The notes under the pieces: model-generated
The model's input: the letters and a program-made list of their open reading frames with translations, nothing else
What the model was told of the DNA's origin: nothing
Databases searched by the model: none
In this document: piece by piece, positions 31,440-41,245 of the stretch
How the letters are laid out: the number at the start of each line of letters is the position of its first letter
Position numbering within the stretch: the first letter of the stretch is position 1
Position numbers and translations under genes: made by a program
NCBI GenBank assembly: GCA_016937295.1
Contig: JAFGWF010000099.1
Location: forward strand, 1 to 53,311
DNA length: 53,311 nt
Direction of reading: 5' to 3'
DNA from: Bacteroidales bacterium
Lineage (GTDB): Bacteria > Bacteroidota > Bacteroidia > Bacteroidales > UBA1556

Positions 31440-34247
31440 TTAAAAACTAATTGCTAAGGTGGTCATAAAACGACGCCCCATTCCAAAGAAAACTCCTGCA
31501 GAACGTGCGTCAAATGAATTCCAACTTTGATTGGTATATTGGTCGTTATTTTGAGCATCCGAAATATAAACTTCGTCAAGAACGTTTAAGACGGATACCC
31601 TAAAATCGATGAAGGTTCCTTTGAACTTAAACCTGTAACCGGCAAAGGCATCGACTAAAATATAATCCGGCACTCTCCAGCTTTGCTTTGGGCTGCCATC
31701 TTCATTAAAAGAATCCGGTTTGCTTTTTGGATCTAACGAAAGTGGGTCGAAATCTGAATAGAAATTACCGAAATAGGTGGCTGCTGCTTTTAGGTATAAG
31801 CCTTTTGTAATCTGCCAGCGAATTGATTCACGAAGTTGAGTTTGTGCTGCATCGCCAACTTTCAAACCTTTGGCATCAAAATAAACCACATCCATGATTG
31901 TACCTGTATTGTCGTCAACAATTTCTGCCGAATCTGCAGAAGTCCAGCGCCAATCACCAACAGAAATTACTGTTTCCGATAAAATATCTTTCGTAATTCG
32001 CCATCCAAATTCCGCTTCAACTCCTTTATGTAACGCATCCATTCCGTTGATATTCACTTTGTAAGTAATGTCGTCGATTAAAACCGAGCTTGGATAATCA
32101 GCAGGTTTGTTTTCCCATTGCGTAATATATGCGTTGAAGTTAAATGTGATGTTATCGTTATAAAAACTATATCCTAATTCAAAAGCCTTAACATGCTCGT
32201 TTTCAATTTTCTTATAAAGTCGATTGTTATTATCGAATACGTTTGAAAATCGTGGAGCCTTGTTTAAGTAACCGGCATTGACAAAAACGTTTTGTGTTTC
32301 GCTGATATTGAAATTTACCCCAGCTTTTGCAGTGAAACCGGGAATCCATTTCCAAGCAGTTTCCGCTGTGCGTGCTTCGGGTGAATTGATGGTGTATTGT
32401 TGGCCGTTATATTCAAAGGTGTCGGCAACCGAAACGAAAGTGCCCTGCGCGAAGTCAAATTTTGGAGTATAGCCTACGGCTTGTTCAAATACTTGTCCAT
32501 CAATCACTAAATCGTTCCTTTTGAAATAGTCCACCCTTTTATATCCTGAATATGCGGTGGTCAGATTGATAAAATATGTCCAAAGTCCTTTTTGAGCTTT
32601 AAACTGAGCAAATAATCCACCCCAACGCACAATTCCATCGTTATGATAATATATCTTATCTCCAAGTCCGCGAAGTTTTGACGGATTGGTTTTGTCATTT
32701 AATTCTGTAACCGAATAGTTATCAATATAATAGGATTGACCCAGTAAGTCATAAGTTTGTCTGTAGTGTTCGCCGCGATAGGAGCGAAGGTCGATACCTC
32801 CGGAAAGCTCCATTCCTTTATGAATTTCCCATCCTACAGTACTTAAAAAGCCATACCAAACATGGTTGTTGATGGACGAATTAATGATATCTCCTTTGCC
32901 ATCTAACACCGTTCCCAAATTTTTTATATTATTATCGTAGCTGCTTTGCAAATCTTTTGTTCCATCGGGAAGCGTGGATAAGGTGCGCGAAAATCCTGTG
33001 CCTCCGCCATTTCCCATCGAAAGGTAAAGAATATTGGAAACATAAACTTTATCTGAAACACTCCAAAAATCACGAAGGCTGTATTGAGGTTTAAAATAGT
33101 AATTTGTCTTTTCGTTAATTTTTTCTTTTCCTCTCCAAACTGTATCGTATCCATCCGTTAAATATCTATCTAAATATCCCCAGTTTTGGTTATACTTTAT
33201 ACCCAAATCACGAGGTTTGGTGCTGACAAAATCGGAATCGTTGATGCCCACTTTCTTAGCATAATCGGCACTAAACTCACCAATAGAATTCATATAAGAT
33301 CTTTGACCATGTTTTTGAGGAGCTCCAATTGCTGAAAAGCTAAGCAGGTGATTACCAATTTCTTTATCAACTCTTACGAAGAAAAACCAGCCTTCGGTCC
33401 AAGTCATATCCACCCAGCCATTTCCTCTTTTATAGAATCCTGAGGCAGTTACGCCCCAGCCATTTTTCAGCCGTCCGCTATTCATTGCTAAGGAGGTTCG
33501 GCTATAACCGTCCGAGCCAATTTCTTGTTGAACTTTAAACGATTTTTTCGCCTCAATACCTCTTGTTATAATATTCATCGTGCCTCCAACAGAGGGAAGC
33601 GCCAATTTGGAAGCGCCTAATCCCCGTTGCACTTGAATGCTTCTTGTGGCCAAATCTAAGCCCGACCAGTTGGACCAATAAACCCAACCGTTTTCCATGT
33701 CGTTAACAGGAATTCCATCAATCATCACCGCCACATTTCGCTGATTGAAACCGCGAATATTAATACGCGCATCGCCATCACCTCCGCCTTGCTGTGTGGC
33801 ATACACGCCCGGAGTGGAGTTGAGAATCATCGGTAAATCTTGTGCGGCTAATTCCTCAGCAAGCTTGCCTGGTTTTATTGTGCTGAAAGCAACTGGCGTT
33901 TCTCTCGACTTGGCAATATCACTCACTATTTCAACCTCTTGCAAGGTAGTATTTTCCATTTTAAAATTTATGGAAACCTTTGGCTTATCCACTTTCACTT
34001 TCTGCTCAATCACATTATAACCCACATACGATACCTTGAAAGTGTATTCGCCATAAGCTAAATCAATCTGAAAATTGCCGTCATAGTCTGTTACAACCCC
34101 CTTGCCGGCTTCATACATAATGTTCACACCGATAAGCGATTCGCCGGTCGATTTATCTGTTATTTTGCCTTTAACAACTGCTTTTTGACCGAAAGATTGA
34201 AAACCAAATATGGTCAAGAGAGTAAGAAATGCGACTAACCTTTTCAT
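31440..34247 (-). CDS. TonB-dependent receptor (CarboxypepD_reg - plug - barrel)
   Basis: 935 aa: signal peptide, CarboxypepD_reg (VKGKITDKSTGESLIGVNI), plug (..RGFNQRNVAVMIDGIPVND..) and a barrel ending in an aromatic residue (..LAISF). Confidence 0.9.
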   Translation of the reverse strand: MKRLVAFLTLLTIFGFQSFGQKAVVKGKITDKSTGESLIGVNIMYEAGKGVVTDYDGNFQIDLAYGEYTFKVSYVGYNVIEQKVKVDKPKVSINFKMENTTLQEVEIVSDIAKSRETPVAFSTIKPGKLAEELAAQDLPMILNSTPGVYATQQGGGDGDARINIRGFNQRNVAVMIDGIPVNDMENGWVYWSNWSGLDLATRSIQVQRGLGASKLALPSVGGTMNIITRGIEAKKSFKVQQEIGSDGYSRTSLAMNSGRLKNGWGVTASGFYKRGNGWVDMTWTEGWFFFVRVDKEIGNHLLSFSAIGAPQKHGQRSYMNSIGEFSADYAKKVGINDSDFVSTKPRDLGIKYNQNWGYLDRYLTDGYDTVWRGKEKINEKTNYYFKPQYSLRDFWSVSDKVYVSNILYLSMGNGGGTGFSRTLSTLPDGTKDLQSSYDNNIKNLGTVLDGKGDIINSSINNHVWYGFLSTVGWEIHKGMELSGGIDLRSYRGEHYRQTYDLLGQSYYIDNYSVTELNDKTNPSKLRGLGDKIYYHNDGIVRWGGLFAQFKAQKGLWTYFINLTTAYSGYKRVDYFKRNDLVIDGQVFEQAVGYTPKFDFAQGTFVSVADTFEYNGQQYTINSPEARTAETAWKWIPGFTAKAGVNFNISETQNVFVNAGYLNKAPRFSNVFDNNNRLYKKIENEHVKAFELGYSFYNDNITFNFNAYITQWENKPADYPSSVLIDDITYKVNINGMDALHKGVEAEFGWRITKDILSETVISVGDWRWTSADSAEIVDDNTGTIMDVVYFDAKGLKVGDAAQTQLRESIRWQITKGLYLKAAATYFGNFYSDFDPLSLDPKSKPDSFNEDGSPKQSWRVPDYILVDAFAGYRFKFKGTFIDFRVSVLNVLDEVYISDAQNNDQYTNQSWNSFDARSAGVFFGMGRRFMTTLAISF

Positions 34248-34348
34248 ATTTAAATTGTTGTTGTTTATTTCTAAGACTATGTTTTCTTGTTTGAATGAAG
34301 GGATTCCAAAGATTTCTTATAGTACTATTATATAAGGTATATGGGCAG

Positions 34349-34382
34349 AAAAACCCCCGGTTTTTTTTAACAGGGGGTTTTT
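34349..34382 (-). terminator. palindromic hairpin terminator after the LTD gene
   Basis: AAAAACCCCC ... GGGGGTTTTT is symmetric and gives a stem plus T-run on the - strand, 18 nt after the stop. Confidence 0.6.
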
Positions 34383-34399
34383 CAATAGTTGAAACTTAA

Positions 34400-35329
34400 C
34401 TATTTTCGGATAAGTTTTTTTGTAATAATGCTTTGATCTTCAAGAATAATACTAACAAAGTAAACACCTGAATTTAAGTTTGAAGCAGGGATAATCATGT
34501 CGCCTCTTCTTTGATCATTTTTTGCATTAAACACCTCAGAACCAGCAATATTACTGATGCTTACTGATGAGATAACAGCAGTTGCTTTAACGGTGAACGT
34601 TGAACCGGTAACCGGGTTAGGGTAGAAAAAGGCATCATTAACTTTTTTCACTTCTGCAATGGAGTTAGGGGTGCAGTTGCAGCTATGCCAGCCAAGGTTT
34701 CCAAACCAGTTATAGCCGAGAGTATCCCATTCGGCTGCAGGGTTGAAAAAAGTTGGATTGGCGGTAATTCCCGCACTAACTGTTGGTTTTCTGATCATCG
34801 CATGATTTTTTGTCCACCAGCGGCCACCAAGAGCGTCAGTGAATCCGGCTGCTGTGTCGGCAGTCCACGCTTGACCCGGGTTTTGTCCAATTACACCAAG
34901 GATATCTACATAAGTTCCGTTAGTTTTTTCAAGAGTGACAGCGTCATTACCATTGAAATACATTGGACCAGGATAAACTCCACTCATGAAAGTATCGGCT
35001 AAAGCGCGAAGTTCGTCAAAAACTATAGTGTCAGTCCCGGTTCCGGCAGGATCTTGTTTGTCAAGTACAATGACTAAAACATCAGCAGAAGCTAATGAGC
35101 CTCCAAGGTCTAAGAATTGAGGAGAACTACCTCCATTGGAATACCGGGCAATACGGTAACCGGAAAGGTCGATACTGTTCTGGGTTGGATTATAAATCTC
35201 TAACGCCTTATTATTATGGCTTCCTTCCACATATTCTGAAATGAATAATTCAGTGCATTGGCCAAAAGAAAAGAGGGCCACAAAAGACATGATAACTGAT
35301 AGTAAAATTTGTTTCATAAGAAATCTCAT
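34400..35329 (-). CDS. lamin-tail-domain (LTD) protein with T9SS C-terminal sorting domain
   Basis: 309 aa with a signal peptide. The LFISEYVEGSHNNKALEIYNPT motif is typical of LTD modules in extracellular nucleases. A T9SS CTD is present at the C-terminus (FYPNPVTGSTFTV ... GVYFVSI). Confidence 0.75.
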   Translation of the reverse strand: MRFLMKQILLSVIMSFVALFSFGQCTELFISEYVEGSHNNKALEIYNPTQNSIDLSGYRIARYSNGGSSPQFLDLGGSLASADVLVIVLDKQDPAGTGTDTIVFDELRALADTFMSGVYPGPMYFNGNDAVTLEKTNGTYVDILGVIGQNPGQAWTADTAAGFTDALGGRWWTKNHAMIRKPTVSAGITANPTFFNPAAEWDTLGYNWFGNLGWHSCNCTPNSIAEVKKVNDAFFYPNPVTGSTFTVKATAVISSVSISNIAGSEVFNAKNDQRRGDMIIPASNLNSGVYFVSIILEDQSIITKKLIRK

Positions 35330-35612
35330 TAAAATTAAACAATTTGGGGGGCAAAAGTAGGAATAAATAGTATTGTAACGTGTTTTCTTTCAAAAAATCT
35401 AAGTTATTGTACCATTGTTTTAAGGTTAAGAAAGTTTTATTACCTGAACCAAATCCTGTTTAAAATTTCCCTAAAACTGACATCAATGAGCAGAAATACA
35501 ATAAAAACAAGGAATTACATTTAATGACATATAAACTTGAATTTTATCAAATGATTAAAACTGAAATTAAATTATGGCCAATATCAAAAATTTGTACTTT
35601 AGCAGCCCGTTT

Positions 35613-35700
35613 GGAGAGATGCTCGAGTGGTTTAAGAGGCACGCCTGGAAAGTGTGTGTACGCCAAAAGTGTACCGAGGGTTCGAATCCCTCTTTCTCCG
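35613..35700 (+). tRNA. tRNA-Ser (anticodon GGA)
   Basis: I folded the cloverleaf by hand. The acceptor stem is GGAGAGA/TTTCTCC with one G.U pair. The anticodon stem is CACGC/GTGTG with loop CTGGAAA. It has a long variable arm, a T-arm GAGGG-TTCGAATC-CCTC and discriminator G. CCA is not encoded. Confidence 0.9.
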
Positions 35701-35753
35701 CAACTTTTTAAACTTAATTATTTTAATTATTGAGAATTAAACATTAACCAATC

Positions 35754-36605
35754 ATGAAAAATCTTTTTGCATTTATTTCCCTGATGGCCCTACTAACTTT
35801 TGGCGCTGTCAATACAGTTAACGCTCTTGGGATCGCTGATGGGCAGGAGCAAGTAGTTAATGCTGCCGATATGGAACAGACAGAAGCAGTTGACACCACC
35901 GCACAGCCTGCTGACACTGTTGCTAAAGCCGAAGCACCGGCTCCGGTTCTTGAGGCTGAAGAAGTGATTAAGAAAGAGTCTTTCAATCAATTGCTCAAAC
36001 GTTATTTTATTCAAGGTGATGCTCGTTTTATGGCATTCGTGCTTTTAGCTCTTATCCTTGGTTTGGCTTTGGTTATCGAGAGAGTTATCTATCTTAACCT
36101 TGCAACAACTAATACTAAGAAATTGCTTGCTCGCATTGAGTCTTCGCTGGCAAGTGGTGGTGTAGAATCGGCAAAAGATATCTGCCGTGATACTCGTGGC
36201 CCGGTGGCAAGTATTTTCTATCAAGGCTTAATGCGCTATGACGAAGGTCTTGAAAGCGTAGAAAAATCAATCATTGCTTATGGTTCCGTAGCTATGGCTC
36301 AATTGGAAAAAGGACTTTCTTGGATTTCCCTTTTCATCGCGCTTGCTCCTATGTTGGGTTTCATGGGTACGGTTATAGGTATGATTCAAGCATTCGACAA
36401 AATCGAAGCCGTTGGTGATATCAACCCAACTGTCGTTGCCGGTGGTATCAAAGTGGCTCTGTTAACTACAGTATTCGGTTTGATCGTTGCCATTATTCTT
36501 CAAATTTTCTACAACTATTTGGTATCCAAAGTGGATAATCTTGTTAACGATATGGAAGATAGTTCCATCAGTTTTATGGATATCCTTGCTGCCAATAAAA
36601 AATAA
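35754..36605 (+). CDS. exbB: MotA/TolQ/ExbB proton-channel family protein
   Basis: 283 aa with a signal peptide and an acidic Ala/Glu-rich linker. The ExbB core carries the LAPMLGFMGTVIGMI motif. Confidence 0.9.
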   Translation: MKNLFAFISLMALLTFGAVNTVNALGIADGQEQVVNAADMEQTEAVDTTAQPADTVAKAEAPAPVLEAEEVIKKESFNQLLKRYFIQGDARFMAFVLLALILGLALVIERVIYLNLATTNTKKLLARIESSLASGGVESAKDICRDTRGPVASIFYQGLMRYDEGLESVEKSIIAYGSVAMAQLEKGLSWISLFIALAPMLGFMGTVIGMIQAFDKIEAVGDINPTVVAGGIKVALLTTVFGLIVAIILQIFYNYLVSKVDNLVNDMEDSSISFMDILAANKK

Positions 36606-36612
36606 ATTCAGT

Positions 36613-37068
36613 ATGGAAAAGATTTTAAATACCGTTACTAAAGTTGTCGTTTATCTGATTATGGGACTTGGTGTATTTTTCACCTTTTGGACCATTTCAG
36701 CCGGCGGCGACTTGGAAACCGATCCTGCATTGGCAAATAAGGTTTTGAATCCTTATTTCATCCTCACTGCCGTAACTATGGTGTTAGGAGCTGCCGCAGC
36801 GATTCTGTTTCCTATGGGGCAATTAGCCTCAAATCCTAAATCTTTAATAAGGTCAGCAATCTCCATCGGAGTTTTGGCTCTTATCTTTATCATCTCTTGG
36901 TCGATGGCTTCCGACAGCACTGCCGAGCCTTACTACCAAACCTTTAACATCACTGCTACCATGTCGAAATTTATCGGCTCAATGATTAATGTTGTCTATA
37001 TCTTAGGTGCATTATCCATTTTATCTATCTTAGTGTCCGCTGTTTTAGGAATGTTCGCAAAACGCTAA
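36613..37068 (+). CDS. small integral membrane protein of the exbB-exbD operon (uncharacterised)
   Basis: The start is placed at MEKILNTV, 8 nt after the exbB stop. It has four predicted hydrophobic helices. The ORF-track start at 36487 would overlap exbB. Confidence 0.6.
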   Translation: MEKILNTVTKVVVYLIMGLGVFFTFWTISAGGDLETDPALANKVLNPYFILTAVTMVLGAAAAILFPMGQLASNPKSLIRSAISIGVLALIFIISWSMASDSTAEPYYQTFNITATMSKFIGSMINVVYILGALSILSILVSAVLGMFAKR

Positions 37069-37072
37069 AATT

Positions 37073-37675
37073 ATGGCTTCAAGAAAAATAACCGAAGTAA
37101 ATGCCGGTTCAATGGCCGACATCGCCTTCCTGCTTCTAATCTTCTTCCTCGTTACTACAACGATGGACGTTGACTCGGGAATCAGCCGGAAGCTGCCGCC
37201 ACCTATTCCTCCAAATCAGAAAAAACCGCCTGAAGTGAAGAAGCGTAACGTTTTTGTGGTGCTAATTAACTCAGCCGATCAGTTGCTTCTTAATGGACGA
37301 CAAGGTAGTATTCGGACGTTAAAAAGGGATGTTAAAGAGTTTTTAACTCCTGTTTACTCCGGAAATCCTTCTGCTCCTGATGTGGATGGTCATCCTGAAG
37401 TAACAGAAACTAATATTGACGGAATTGGTCGATTTTGGAGGTCGAAAGGTGTGGTCTCAATGCAAAATGACCGAGGAACTTCTTATGCAACTTATATTCA
37501 CGTTCAAAATGAGCTTGCCGCTGCCGTTTCAGAGTTACGAGACGACATGGCTAAGCAGTATTTTGGAACCGACCTCAAAACCCTTTTGGACAAATATCCC
37601 GATAAAGCAAAAGCCATTCAGGATGCTATTCCAATGTCTATCTCTGAAGCTGAGCCAGTTAGTCTTGGTGATTAA
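37073..37675 (+). CDS. exbD: ExbD/TolR biopolymer transport protein
   Basis: It has the N-terminal ExbD signature (MADIAFLLLIFFLVTT) and a periplasmic domain. Confidence 0.85.
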   Translation: MASRKITEVNAGSMADIAFLLLIFFLVTTTMDVDSGISRKLPPPIPPNQKKPPEVKKRNVFVVLINSADQLLLNGRQGSIRTLKRDVKEFLTPVYSGNPSAPDVDGHPEVTETNIDGIGRFWRSKGVVSMQNDRGTSYATYIHVQNELAAAVSELRDDMAKQYFGTDLKTLLDKYPDKAKAIQDAIPMSISEAEPVSLGD

Positions 37676-37700
37676 TTTGTAACTTAAAAACTTAAAACCA

Positions 37701-38177
37701 ATGGCAAAATTTAAGAAAGAAGGTGGAAAAGAAACACCAGGTATATCGACGGCATCATTGCCGGATATTATATTCATGCTTTTGTTCTTCTTTATGGTAG
37801 CAACCGTTATGCGTGAAGTGACTTTAATCGTAAAAGTGACTCCTCCCGGCGCTACCGAGATACAGAAGATTGAAGATAAATCGTTGGTAAGTTATATCTA
37901 TATTGGCCCTCCGGTTAAGCGTCTTCAAGCAAAAATGGGGGAAGAACCTCGTATTCAGCTTAATGATGCCTTTGCGGAAGTTTCTCAGATTAAGGATTAT
38001 GTGGCACAGTCAGCTTTAAATATTCCTGAGTATAATCGTAAGAAACAGATTATGTCGCTTAAAGTGGACGAAACTACTAAAATGGGAATAGTTACAGATG
38101 TTAAGGAGGAACTGCGAAAAGCAAATGCTCTGAAAATCAACTATTCAACGAAGAAGGGTTACGATCCAAATAAATAA
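37701..38177 (+). CDS. exbD: ExbD/TolR biopolymer transport protein (second copy)
   Basis: It has the ExbD N-terminal helix (SLPDIIFMLLFFFMVAT) and is 158 aa long. Confidence 0.85.
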   Translation: MAKFKKEGGKETPGISTASLPDIIFMLLFFFMVATVMREVTLIVKVTPPGATEIQKIEDKSLVSYIYIGPPVKRLQAKMGEEPRIQLNDAFAEVSQIKDYVAQSALNIPEYNRKKQIMSLKVDETTKMGIVTDVKEELRKANALKINYSTKKGYDPNK

Positions 38178-38195
38178 TGAATTCTCAATAGAAAT

Positions 38196-38222
38196 AAAGA
38201 GGCCGGTTATCCGGCCTTTTTT
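38196..38222 (+). terminator. bidirectional hairpin terminator between convergent genes
   Basis: GGCCGG-TTAT-CCGGCC is flanked by an A-rich 5' side and a T6 3' side. Confidence 0.75.
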
Positions 38223-38236
38223 ATTGTATTTAAACG

Positions 38237-38581
38237 TTATCCTAAAGCTGGAGAGTAATGTCGTTTATTATTGCTATTTTCCTGATGATGATAGTTTTCG
38301 ACTTCTTGAGGTTTTTGAATATTGGCGCTAACAAGTATTTGTTCCGGTTGGCTTTCTAAAAGTTTTATAGCCGATTCAATATCAAATCGTACGAAAATAT
38401 CGGTTTCTTTTAAAAGAGCAATTTTCATGTTATCAACGAGTCCGGAATGACCTATTCGCCCTAATGTCAAGGCAGCGGCTTTTCTAATTTCTTCGTTTTC
38501 ATTACTTAAAGCTTCCAATAATTTGGTTACCTTTCCTTGTTGTCCCCACTTATTTATCTTAGAAATGGTAATTAATAGCAT
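38237..38581 (-). CDS. HEAT-repeat (PBS-lyase-like) small protein
   Basis: 114 aa. LLEALSNENEEIRKAAALTLGRIG matches the HEAT_2/PBS-lyase repeat pattern. Confidence 0.55.
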   Translation of the reverse strand: MLLITISKINKWGQQGKVTKLLEALSNENEEIRKAAALTLGRIGHSGLVDNMKIALLKETDIFVRFDIESAIKLLESQPEQILVSANIQKPQEVENYHHQENSNNKRHYSPALG

Positions 38582-38995
38582 AATCTGTCATTAAAGTTGG
38601 TGCAAAAGTATCACAAGAATTTGGTAAGTTCAATAGGTATTTTACCTAAAAGCCTGTGATACGATATAAATCATAAATAGTTTCTAATGATGGCAAAGAT
38701 AGCCTTGCAATATTAACCGAATTATTCGAGAAAATCAACTTTAGGTTAGGAGTTTTGATTTAACTTATTTCTATTTTATATATTGTGTTTAATGGGTTAT
38801 TAATCAGAGAAATAAGGTATATAATCGTGAGCAAAAGCGCTAATAATTGGCATAGAAGTTTTGAGAATAGATTAAGGCTAAAACATTGATAAATAGAAAA
38901 ATAGATGGTATCAAGTCCATGAAGACGAATTTAACATCATACATAACTGAATATTTATTTTCTTTGCAGCCTGTTTAACTATAAATTATAATAAT

Positions 38996-39232
38996 ATGTC
39001 AGACATTTCAAGCAGAATTAAAGCTATTATCGTTGACAAACTTGGCGTTGACGAAAGTGAAGTAACTCCTGAGGCAAGTTTCACCAATGATTTGGGAGCT
39101 GATTCACTGGATACAGTTGAGCTTATCATGGAATTCGAAAAAGAGTTTGATATTGCTATACCGGACGACCAAGCTGAAAATATCAGCACCGTTGGGGAAG
39201 CAATTGCTTATATCGAAAATAACGGTAAATAG
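38996..39232 (+). CDS. acpP: acyl carrier protein
   Basis: 78 aa with the phosphopantetheine attachment motif [12 protein letters not shown]. Confidence 0.95.
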   Translation: MSDISSRIKAIIVDKLGVDESEVTPEASFTNDLGADSLDTVELIMEFEKEFDIAIPDDQAENISTVGEAIAYIENNGK

Positions 39233-39238
39233 TTTTCT

Positions 39239-40486
39239 ATGACTTTGAAAAGAGTAGTAGTAACAGGGCTGGGCGCCATTACTCCATTAGGCCATAACGT
39301 TTCTGAAACATGGGAAAACTTGGTTAATGGAGTAAGTGGCGCAGGTCCCATTACCCGTTTCAATGCTGAACAGTTTAAGACACAGTTTGCTTGCGAAATC
39401 AAGAATTACAATCCTGAAAATTACTTCGACCGCAAAGAAGTACGCAAAATAGATGCTTGTACGCAATATGGTATGATTGCAGCCGATGAAGCTATAAAAG
39501 ATAGTGGACTCGATATGGAATCAACAGATTTAGAGCGAATTGGTGTCATTTGGGGTTCCGGTATCGGTGGTCTTGATACATTTTTGCAGGAAATTTCAGC
39601 ATTTGCTAAAGGTAATGGTACTCCACGATTTAATCCCTTCTTCATTCCTAAAATGATTGCGGACATTACCGCCGGTCATATTTCGATAAAACATGGATTG
39701 ATGGGGCCTAATTTCACCACAGTTTCAGCATGTGCATCGTCGGCAAATGCCTTGGCAGACGCCTTTAATTATATCCGATTAGGAAAAGCTATTGCTTTTG
39801 TTACCGGTGGCAGCGAAGCAGCAATCAACGAAGCCGGAATTGGAGGTTTCAATGCAATGCACGCTATCAGCACTCGAAATGATGACCCTTCAACGGCAAG
39901 TCGTCCTTTCGATGCCACGCGCGATGGTTTTGTTCTTGGCGAAGGCGGCGTAGCTCTTATCTTTGAAGAGTATGAGCATGCCATTGCTCGAGGTGCAAAA
40001 ATCTATGCCGAAGTGGTAGGCGCCGGACTTAGTGCCGATGCGCATCACATGACCGCTCCTCATCCGGAAGGTTTGGGAGCTAAAAAGTGTATGTTGGAAG
40101 CTATCAATGATGCAGGAATTAATCCCGAAGAAGTAGATCATATCAATACGCATGGCACTTCAACTCCGGTTGGAGATGTGGCTGAACCAAAAGCTATTTT
40201 ATCCCTTTTTGGCGACCATGCCTATACAGTGCTTATCAATTCAACTAAGTCGATGACTGGTCATCTTTTAGGTGCTGCCGGAGCTATCGAAGCTATGGCA
40301 ACTATCTTGGCTGTTAAAAATGGTATTGTACCTCCTACAATCAATCATTTTGAAGATGATCCTGAAATCCCCACTATTAATTTTGTTTTCCACAAAGCTG
40401 TTTCGAAAGATATTAAATATGCCATTTCAAATACTTTCGGTTTTGGTGGTCACAATGCCTCTTTGTTGTTCAAAAAATTTGAATAA
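39239..40486 (+). CDS. fabF: beta-ketoacyl-ACP synthase II
   Basis: 415 aa with active-site Cys (SACASS), two His (HMTAPH, NTHGTST) and a C-terminal SNTFGFGGHN. It lies directly after acpP. Confidence 0.95.
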   Translation: MTLKRVVVTGLGAITPLGHNVSETWENLVNGVSGAGPITRFNAEQFKTQFACEIKNYNPENYFDRKEVRKIDACTQYGMIAADEAIKDSGLDMESTDLERIGVIWGSGIGGLDTFLQEISAFAKGNGTPRFNPFFIPKMIADITAGHISIKHGLMGPNFTTVSACASSANALADAFNYIRLGKAIAFVTGGSEAAINEAGIGGFNAMHAISTRNDDPSTASRPFDATRDGFVLGEGGVALIFEEYEHAIARGAKIYAEVVGAGLSADAHHMTAPHPEGLGAKKCMLEAINDAGINPEEVDHINTHGTSTPVGDVAEPKAILSLFGDHAYTVLINSTKSMTGHLLGAAGAIEAMATILAVKNGIVPPTINHFEDDPEIPTINFVFHKAVSKDIKYAISNTFGFGGHNASLLFKKFE

Positions 40487-40498
40487 TTATAATCCTTT

Positions 40499-41245
40499 AT
40501 GGCAAAGCTAGTGCGAAAGCTCAGAGCCAGATTGACAAAGGAATTTCCAGAGCTTAGGGACTTTATAAAGAATGTTTTCGGGTTTTATCCCGAAAACATT
40601 CATCTTTATGAACTTGCCATTAGGCACAAATCCATAGCAACAGAAATTAGTCATGGTGCAAAAAATTCTAACGAACGTCTTGAGTTTCTTGGCGACGCCA
40701 TCCTTGATTCGGTAGTCGCTGACTATTTGTTTAAAATTTTTCCGTATAAGGATGAGGGTTTTTTAACCCAAATGCGCTCCAAAATGGTTAGCCGTCAGCA
40801 ACTTAATGCTTTAGCCTTGCAAATAGGATTAAACGACTTGATAAAAACAAATAAGGATAATAAATCCCAACCAAAATCTTTATTGGGTGATGCTTTTGAA
40901 GCCTTAATTGGTGCGGTTTACCTTGACAAAGGCTTTGATTTTACGAAGAAAGTCTTAGTGGATCGAATTATAAAAATCAAGATGGATATTGATGAGCTGG
41001 AACAAACCGAAATGAATCATAAGAGCCGTCTTATTGAATGGTCGCAAAAAGAGAAAACTAAATTAGAGTTTAAACATACCGAAGCCCTCGGTGTGAATAA
41101 TGCCAAACAACATGAGATTCAGGTGTGGATTGATGATAAATTTATATCAAAAGCTAAAGCGAATAATATAAAGGCTGCCGAGCAACGCGCTGCTGAAATT
41201 GCTTGCGGCATGTTGGTGCAAAACGCCCAGGAAGAAACTTTATAG
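40499..41245 (+). CDS. rnc: ribonuclease III
   Basis: It has the RNase III signature NERLEFLGDAILD and a C-terminal dsRBD. Confidence 0.9.
   Translation: MAKLVRKLRARLTKEFPELRDFIKNVFGFYPENIHLYELAIRHKSIATEISHGAKNSNERLEFLGDAILDSVVADYLFKIFPYKDEGFLTQMRSKMVSRQQLNALALQIGLNDLIKTNKDNKSQPKSLLGDAFEALIGAVYLDKGFDFTKKVLVDRIIKIKMDIDELEQTEMNHKSRLIEWSQKEKTKLEFKHTEALGVNNAKQHEIQVWIDDKFISKAKANNIKAAEQRAAEIACGMLVQNAQEETL

Noticed and set aside
35613-35700. tRNA-Ser as the integration site of the accessory island.
   Set aside because: The island starts about 10 kb away, after housekeeping operons (exbBD, acpP-fabF-rnc). No integrase is present and I saw no duplicated tRNA 3' end.
35524-35986. ORFs 35524..35733 (+), 35744..35986 (-) and 35793..36014 (-) around the tRNA and the exbB start.
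   Set aside because: The first runs through the tRNA-Ser gene. The other two are antisense to the exbB 5' region and are low-complexity Ala/Ser translations of its Ala/Glu-rich linker. They are shadow ORFs.
36487-36612. An upstream start for the small membrane protein, overlapping exbB by 119 nt.
   Set aside because: The extension lies entirely inside the well-supported exbB frame. The ATG at 36613 follows the exbB stop by 8 nt and begins a plausible membrane protein.
38582-38995. A 414-bp gene-free region upstream of acpP as a possible sRNA or riboswitch. The 359-bp gap at 4403-4761 was considered in the same way.
   Set aside because: I could find no convincing conserved-looking stem-loops, terminator or known riboswitch core by eye. 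The sequence is simply AT-rich promoter or leader DNA.
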